Translations under genes and position numbers: made by a program | Assembly: GCA_041477655.1 (NCBI GenBank) | Contig: JBGOUP010000001.1 | Coordinates: 1 to 39,167 of the forward strand | Source: Patescibacteria group bacterium | GTDB lineage: Bacteria; Patescibacteriota; UBA1384; 2-12-FULL-50-11 | Direction: 5' to 3' | Length of the DNA: 39,167 nucleotides | The notes under the pieces: model-generated | Seen by the model: only the letters and a program-made list of their open reading frames with translations | The model's database searches: none | What the model was told of the DNA's origin: nothing | Part shown: positions 35,245 to 39,167 of the stretch, in pieces | How positions within the stretch are numbered: position 1 is the first letter of the stretch | Layout: each line of letters begins with the position of its first letter

Positions 35245-36363
35245 CTACCCGAGAAATTGAGCAAAGTCGGTAACGAAACGATTATTGGCAATTGCTTGGT
35301 GAATTCGATCAAGCAGTCGAAAAATTACCCATAAATTATGGTAGCTCAACATTCGGCTGGCCAGCATCTCTTTGTTGATAAATAAGTGGCGAAGGTAGCT
35401 TCGAGAAAAATGTTGGCAGGCCAAGCACTGACAATTTGGGTCGAGCGGCTGGGAGTCTTGCTTGAACTTGCTTAAACGAATATCCAATCGCTGGTAATCT
35501 CCCGTCCAAAAGGCACCGTGCCGAGCTAAACGGGTTGGCAGGACACAATCAAACATATCCATACCCCGATGAATCATATTGATAAGATCAGTTGGCTCGC
35601 CAACACCCATTAAGTAGTGGGGGCGACTTTGGTCTAATTTTGGGGCAATAAAATCAACCGCCTGATTGATTTTGTCTTTGCCTTCGCTAGCAATCGCTAC
35701 CCCGCCGATAGCAATGCCATCAACGGGCAGGGCTTGGATTTCGTCCATTGAGCGCAAACGTAGATTTTCAAACAAGCCGCCTTGGATAATGCCAAAAAGC
35801 GCCCGGCCGTTGTTGTCATGCTTCTGCCAATAGTCAATTGACTGCTTCGCCCAGTTGGTAGTGCGTATTACCGCCGACTCAACCCGTTTTTCACTTGCAT
35901 CAATCGGCGGACAGTCGTCCAGGACCATGGCGATATCGCTGCCAAGGTCGGCCTGAACATCTAAGACGCTTTCTGGCGTAAACATGTGCTTGGCTCCGTC
36001 AAGGTGGGAGTAAAACCGAACGCCGTCGTTGGTAGTTTTGGCCATCTTTGAGCGGGTGGTGCCAAGTGAATAGGCCTGATAGCCTCCGGAGTCGGTCAAG
36101 ATTGGTTTTGGCCAATTCATCCATTTATGCAACCCACCTTGATCGGCAATTAGTTTAGAGCCTGGTCGAAGATGAAGATGATATGCATTGGCTAGAATGA
36201 TTTGAGCGCCTAATTCTTCCAGCTCCCAAGGTGCCAGCGTTTTAACCGCCGCGCTAGTGCCAACCGGCATAAATGTGGGCATGGAAATTTGGCCATGCGG
36301 GGTGGTAAGTTGACCTAAGCGGGCTAAACTCTTGGAGCTAGTGGCTGTTATTTCAAACTTCAT
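35245..36363 (-). CDS. tgt: tRNA-guanine transglycosylase
   Basis: LTDSGGYQ and the zinc motif CQCLACQHFSRSYLRHL. ATG at 36363 preceded by GAGGTG. The track TTG at 36378 is less likely. Confidence 0.93.
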   Translation of the reverse strand: MKFEITATSSKSLARLGQLTTPHGQISMPTFMPVGTSAAVKTLAPWELEELGAQIILANAYHLHLRPGSKLIADQGGLHKWMNWPKPILTDSGGYQAYSLGTTRSKMAKTTNDGVRFYSHLDGAKHMFTPESVLDVQADLGSDIAMVLDDCPPIDASEKRVESAVIRTTNWAKQSIDYWQKHDNNGRALFGIIQGGLFENLRLRSMDEIQALPVDGIAIGGVAIASEGKDKINQAVDFIAPKLDQSRPHYLMGVGEPTDLINMIHRGMDMFDCVLPTRLARHGAFWTGDYQRLDIRLSKFKQDSQPLDPNCQCLACQHFSRSYLRHLFINKEMLASRMLSYHNLWVIFRLLDRIHQAIANNRFVTDFAQFLG

Positions 36364-36402
36364 CCAAAAACACCTCAAAACTCAATCAGTCACTAGCGAC
36401 AC

Positions 36403-36411
36403 TTTATACCA
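36403..36411 (-). promoter_or_regulatory. Extended -10 (TGgTATAAA) for tgt, embedded in one arm of an 11-bp inverted repeat
   Basis: The minus strand reads atggtataaagtgtc. The inverted-repeat arms are gacactttata (36398..36408) and tataaagtgtc (36440..36450). Confidence 0.4.
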
Positions 36412-36463
36412 TACAAGAAATCCTTGGGGACATAAAAAGTATAAAGTGTCTTGGCTGACCGGA

Positions 36464-36991
36464 TTAAACATCAGCGGCTGGTTGTAAGCGAGTTGCCTCA
36501 ACGAGCTTATCACCAGCAAAAACCAGCCGATAGACATCGGCCCAGTCACAGGGAACATTTTGCCACGATTTTTTGCCTTCAAGCACGGCCACGATATGGC
36601 CGATGACAAATTGGTGGCTAACACAAATTATATGCTGACCAGCATGCTGGATTGCTAATTGATCGATAATTGTCTCGCTTCTTTCACCGACCTCACTCTC
36701 CGAGTCAGATGGGTAAATCTCCCTTAAGCCAGGTTTTTTAATGATTGATAATTTCAACTGACCACCGGAATTGATGTATTGAGCTGTCTCCAGGCATCGC
36801 TCGACGGGGCTAGAGTAGATGGCTGATGGCCCAAAATCCCCTAAATACCGGCCAACCGCTTCGGCTTGCTTAACACCAACCGGGGTTAGCGTTCGCGGCC
36901 CATCAATAACAGGGTTACGAGGATTGCTAACGGTGGTCGGTTGCCCGTGACGAACCAAAAACACTATGGTTTGAAATTTCTTCTCTATCAT
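36464..36991 (-). CDS. Histidine phosphatase (phosphoglycerate mutase-like) family protein
   Basis: FLVRHGQ RHG motif and a downstream VSH. ATG at 36991 overlaps the upstream stop (ATGA). Confidence 0.75.
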   Translation of the reverse strand: MIEKKFQTIVFLVRHGQPTTVSNPRNPVIDGPRTLTPVGVKQAEAVGRYLGDFGPSAIYSSPVERCLETAQYINSGGQLKLSIIKKPGLREIYPSDSESEVGERSETIIDQLAIQHAGQHIICVSHQFVIGHIVAVLEGKKSWQNVPCDWADVYRLVFAGDKLVEATRLQPAADV

Positions 36992-37701
36992 CAGGTATTG
37001 AAGTATTCTCGCCAAATATTGTAGAGTTCTTTGGTTGCCCACAAATCATTGGCGTTGTAGCGGGCAATTTCTTCAAATTTCTTGTCCCGAAAATAAGGCG
37101 TCACGTCTTCACCGCTCATACCATCAACTTTGGGGCTGGTAATGCCAAAAAGTCGGCACCACAAATGAAGACCGCCTTTACGACGAAGTGCTCCATAAAA
37201 GGTCAGTTGGTCTTGCAAGTCCACATGTTTGTGACCAGGCCGTTGGCTAAATAAATAACGGTTACTCATTAAATCTTTAGTCGGTTTGGTTTTGTGTAGA
37301 GCCGAGCGAACCATTAGAAAAGGCACATCAAAGGCTCGACCGTTAAAACTAATAAATTCGTCGTAGTTACTAGCGCCAGCCCAAAAACTTTCTAACATCT
37401 CCTTCTCGCCCATCGGCCGGTATTTAATCTTGTTCTCTTCAAATTCTTTGGTTTCGGCTCCGGGCGACTGGAAATAAACGACGCCTTGATCTTTTTCCAC
37501 ATCCAGAACGCCGATGGCCACGATTTCGCTAGTTAGTGGCGAAAAACCCATCTCACCTTTCAAGTTTTCTAGGGCGGACTCATATTCAGTTTCGGATGAC
37601 GATTCCTTTTTGATCCATTTGGTCATCATTTCTTTGGTTAAATCGTCCATTTGGTCGTAATCTTCGCCAACAGTTTCGATATCAAAAACTAACTTTGCCA
37701 T
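36991..37701 (-). CDS. DEDD-type 3'-5' exonuclease (PolB-exonuclease-like / RNase H fold)
   Basis: FDIET (Exo I), FNGRAFDVPFL (Exo II), YNANDLWAT (Exo III). ATG at 37701 lies 7 nt after TATACT (37714..37709), a leaderless geometry. Confidence 0.7.
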   Translation of the reverse strand: MAKLVFDIETVGEDYDQMDDLTKEMMTKWIKKESSSETEYESALENLKGEMGFSPLTSEIVAIGVLDVEKDQGVVYFQSPGAETKEFEENKIKYRPMGEKEMLESFWAGASNYDEFISFNGRAFDVPFLMVRSALHKTKPTKDLMSNRYLFSQRPGHKHVDLQDQLTFYGALRRKGGLHLWCRLFGITSPKVDGMSGEDVTPYFRDKKFEEIARYNANDLWATKELYNIWREYFNT

Positions 37702-37825
37702 TGGCAATAGTATAGCGAAACCTTGGATTTGTTCGAGGTATTAAATTTCTAACCATAGAGATATACTTCTGGTAGACGGTTTGCACACCACAAACTGGAA
37801 TACAGACAAAGGAGGCTAAATAGGC

Positions 37826-38734
37826 ATGTGGACGCCGTTTAGAAGCCAAGAAAAACCCGAGCATTTTCGCTTCAAGTTGTTTATCTCTCTCACCGTTGCC
37901 CAAACACTTGCCGGCTTGTGGCTGGTTATTTATCTGGTTTCCTTGCGCTGGCCAGATGTCGCCCGAGCCCAACTTTCTGTCGGACTATTTGCTGTTTGGC
38001 TACTTATTATCCATCTCTTTATGAGTGGCGTTGAGTGGAACTTCCACCGCTACGCACTTCACAAAGTGGTGTTGAAGTGGTTGGCATCCATGAGACGGAG
38101 TCACGAACATCACCATGGTCATACTTATGTTTTGATGGAAGCTGCTAGCGGTGTGGTAGAGAATAAGTATCCAATTACCGAGGAGGATCAAGTCGAATCT
38201 TCGGCTTTTCCTCCATACGCGCTTGTTGCGTTTTGGCTTATCTTCAGCCCGCTCCTCGCTGGATTGCAGTATTGGTTGCCGAGCCAACCGATACTTTCTG
38301 CCGGCTGTGTTGCTATCGCCTGCTCGGTCGGGCTATACGAAGTGAAACATGCTATGGAACATTTGAGCTACCCAGATTTCTGGGAGCCACGTCTCAAACG
38401 GTATCCCTGGCTGGTGAAAATCTACAGCATCCATCTCTATCACCATGTCAATAAGAAAATGAACATGGCTATCGGTGGATTTCTCGGCTTTCCCATCTGG
38501 GATTGGTTACTAGGAACTCTGGTGACTACCAGCGATCCTGAACAACTACCCCTCGATGGCAAAAATCAATCGGCTTTACTTCCGGTTGCCTGGCCAACGC
38601 CGCGTCGTTCGATCGTTTGGCTTGATATGATCACCGACAAGCTACACAGCAGGGTTCAAGGCAAAATAGCTGGCAGAGCGTTGAAAAAATCTGTAGCCAA
38701 TAATACCCTTACCAAAACAGGACCCGTTTCCTAA
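37826..38734 (+). CDS. Fatty acid hydroxylase / sterol desaturase-superfamily membrane protein
   Basis: Histidine boxes HRYALH, HEHHHGH and HLYHH. Several TM helices. AAGGAGG SD. Confidence 0.65.
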   Translation: MWTPFRSQEKPEHFRFKLFISLTVAQTLAGLWLVIYLVSLRWPDVARAQLSVGLFAVWLLIIHLFMSGVEWNFHRYALHKVVLKWLASMRRSHEHHHGHTYVLMEAASGVVENKYPITEEDQVESSAFPPYALVAFWLIFSPLLAGLQYWLPSQPILSAGCVAIACSVGLYEVKHAMEHLSYPDFWEPRLKRYPWLVKIYSIHLYHHVNKKMNMAIGGFLGFPIWDWLLGTLVTTSDPEQLPLDGKNQSALLPVAWPTPRRSIVWLDMITDKLHSRVQGKIAGRALKKSVANNTLTKTGPVS

Positions 38735-38753
38735 CCTAGTTCCGCCCAAAAAA

Positions 38754-38785
38754 GGCCCATCAGTATAGCTGACGGGCCTTTCTCT
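38754..38785 (+). terminator. Rho-independent terminator of 37826..38734
   Basis: Stem ggcccatcag/ctgacgggcc (one mismatch) followed by tttctcttct. Confidence 0.6.
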
Positions 38786-39167
38786 TCTCTTAGAGAGAAC
38801 CACGGACGTTAGTCCGTGGATGAATCGTACCACTCGTACCACCTCGTCAGAGGTGGTACGTTTTGCTCATGAGAACCCAGAATCTGTCCCATTGCGTCTA
38901 CCAACATCAGTATCACCTTGTTTGGGGGACAAAATACCGTCGGAAGTTTCTCAAGGAGTACGTCAAGGCGGATCTGACAGAGAGCTTCTTTGGCACGGTC
39001 AAACGTCATCCAACGCTCCACATTTTTACCCTCAACGTCGACAACGATCATCTTCACCTCCAGATTGAGATTCCGCCGGATATGCCCGTCTGTGAGGTGG
39101 TTCAGCTTTTGAAACAAAACTCCAGTCGAGCCCTGAAGAAACGTTTTGCCTTCATCCGGCGGATGTA
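38785..39167 (+). mobile_element. IS200/IS605-family element, left end plus the 5' part of tnpA, truncated by the window edge
   Basis: Identical to the reverse complement of 1..140. Hairpins at 38800..38819 and 38836..38859. Confidence 0.88.
38869..39167 (+). CDS. tnpA: IS200/IS605 Y1 (HUH) transposase TnpA, 3'-partial
   Basis: My own frame-1 translation: MRTQNLSHCVYQHQYHLVWGTKYRRKFLKEYVKADLTESFFGTVKRHPTLHIFTLNVDNDHLHLQIEIPPDMPVCEVVQLLKQNSSRALKKRFAFIRRM. It contains YHLVWxTKYRRK and the HUH motif (DHLHL). Not in the ORF track because it runs off the window. Confidence 0.9.
   Translation, partial: MRTQNLSHCVYQHQYHLVWGTKYRRKFLKEYVKADLTESFFGTVKRHPTLHIFTLNVDNDHLHLQIEIPPDMPVCEVVQLLKQNSSRALKKRFAFIRRM

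Noticed and set aside
37723-37741. Third LexA box upstream of the exonuclease gene (ggatttGTTCGaggtatt)
   Set aside because: Only one GTTCG half-site is present. The second repeat position, 11 bp away on either side, does not match. It could be a degenerate site but cannot be called.
38809-39117. Track ORFs 38809..39117 (-) and 38820..39068 (+) as the IS-encoded protein
   Set aside because: The transposase motifs (YHLVWGTKYRRK, DHLHL, VVQLLKQNSSRALKKRF) are in plus-strand frame 1 starting at 38869, and that frame runs off the window. The two listed ORFs are out-of-frame or antisense shadows.
1-39167. Composite transposon or genomic island delimited by the two IS copies
   Set aside because: The cargo is core housekeeping (ftsA/Z, secD/F, nrdJ, rpsU, tgt). 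IS200/IS605 elements do not form classical composite transposons. Both tnpA genes read outward.

Overview
Gene-dense, mostly housekeeping chromosomal segment. About 40 CDS, many with 1-14 nt overlaps or leaderless starts. Gene content and style suggest a small-genome bacterium, possibly Patescibacteria/CPR; that placement is inference only. Left to right: an SOS module (LexA-box promoter, small ORFs, dinB, a long non-coding gap, lexA); an AbrB-like gene followed by a tandem palindromic repeat array; LytR_C, NYN, ABC ATPase and permease; cca; DUF3048 and a lytic transglycosylase; HIT, rpsU, yqeY, ybeY, ftsA, ftsZ; a deoxynucleotide/B12 cluster (nrdJ, PduO-type adenosyltransferase, structured leader plus small membrane protein, trxA); a UvrD-like helicase-nuclease fusion; msrA, an RluA-family synthase, a sugar-1-P guanylyltransferase, secD, secF; then on the minus strand a 3'-5' exonuclease, a histidine phosphatase, tgt, a Pro-rich small ORF and two tandem paralogous VirD4/TraG-like membrane ATPases; finally a fatty-acid-hydroxylase-family membrane protein. 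The window is bounded by two identical, inverted, edge-truncated copies of an IS200/IS605-type element. No rRNA, tRNA or CRISPR array was found. The items most worth a second look are: (1) the orphan pair of coupling-protein-like ATPases with a shared uncharacterised N-terminal domain; (2) palindromic, in-frame insertion elements in and next to dinB; (3) a direct-repeat candidate LexA operator; (4) a roughly 210-nt structured leader next to B12-related genes that matches no riboswitch class I recognise; (5) several candidate structured RNAs around lexA; (6) a recurrent leaderless-promoter architecture. All coordinates for non-ORF features were counted by hand and may be off by 1-2 nt.
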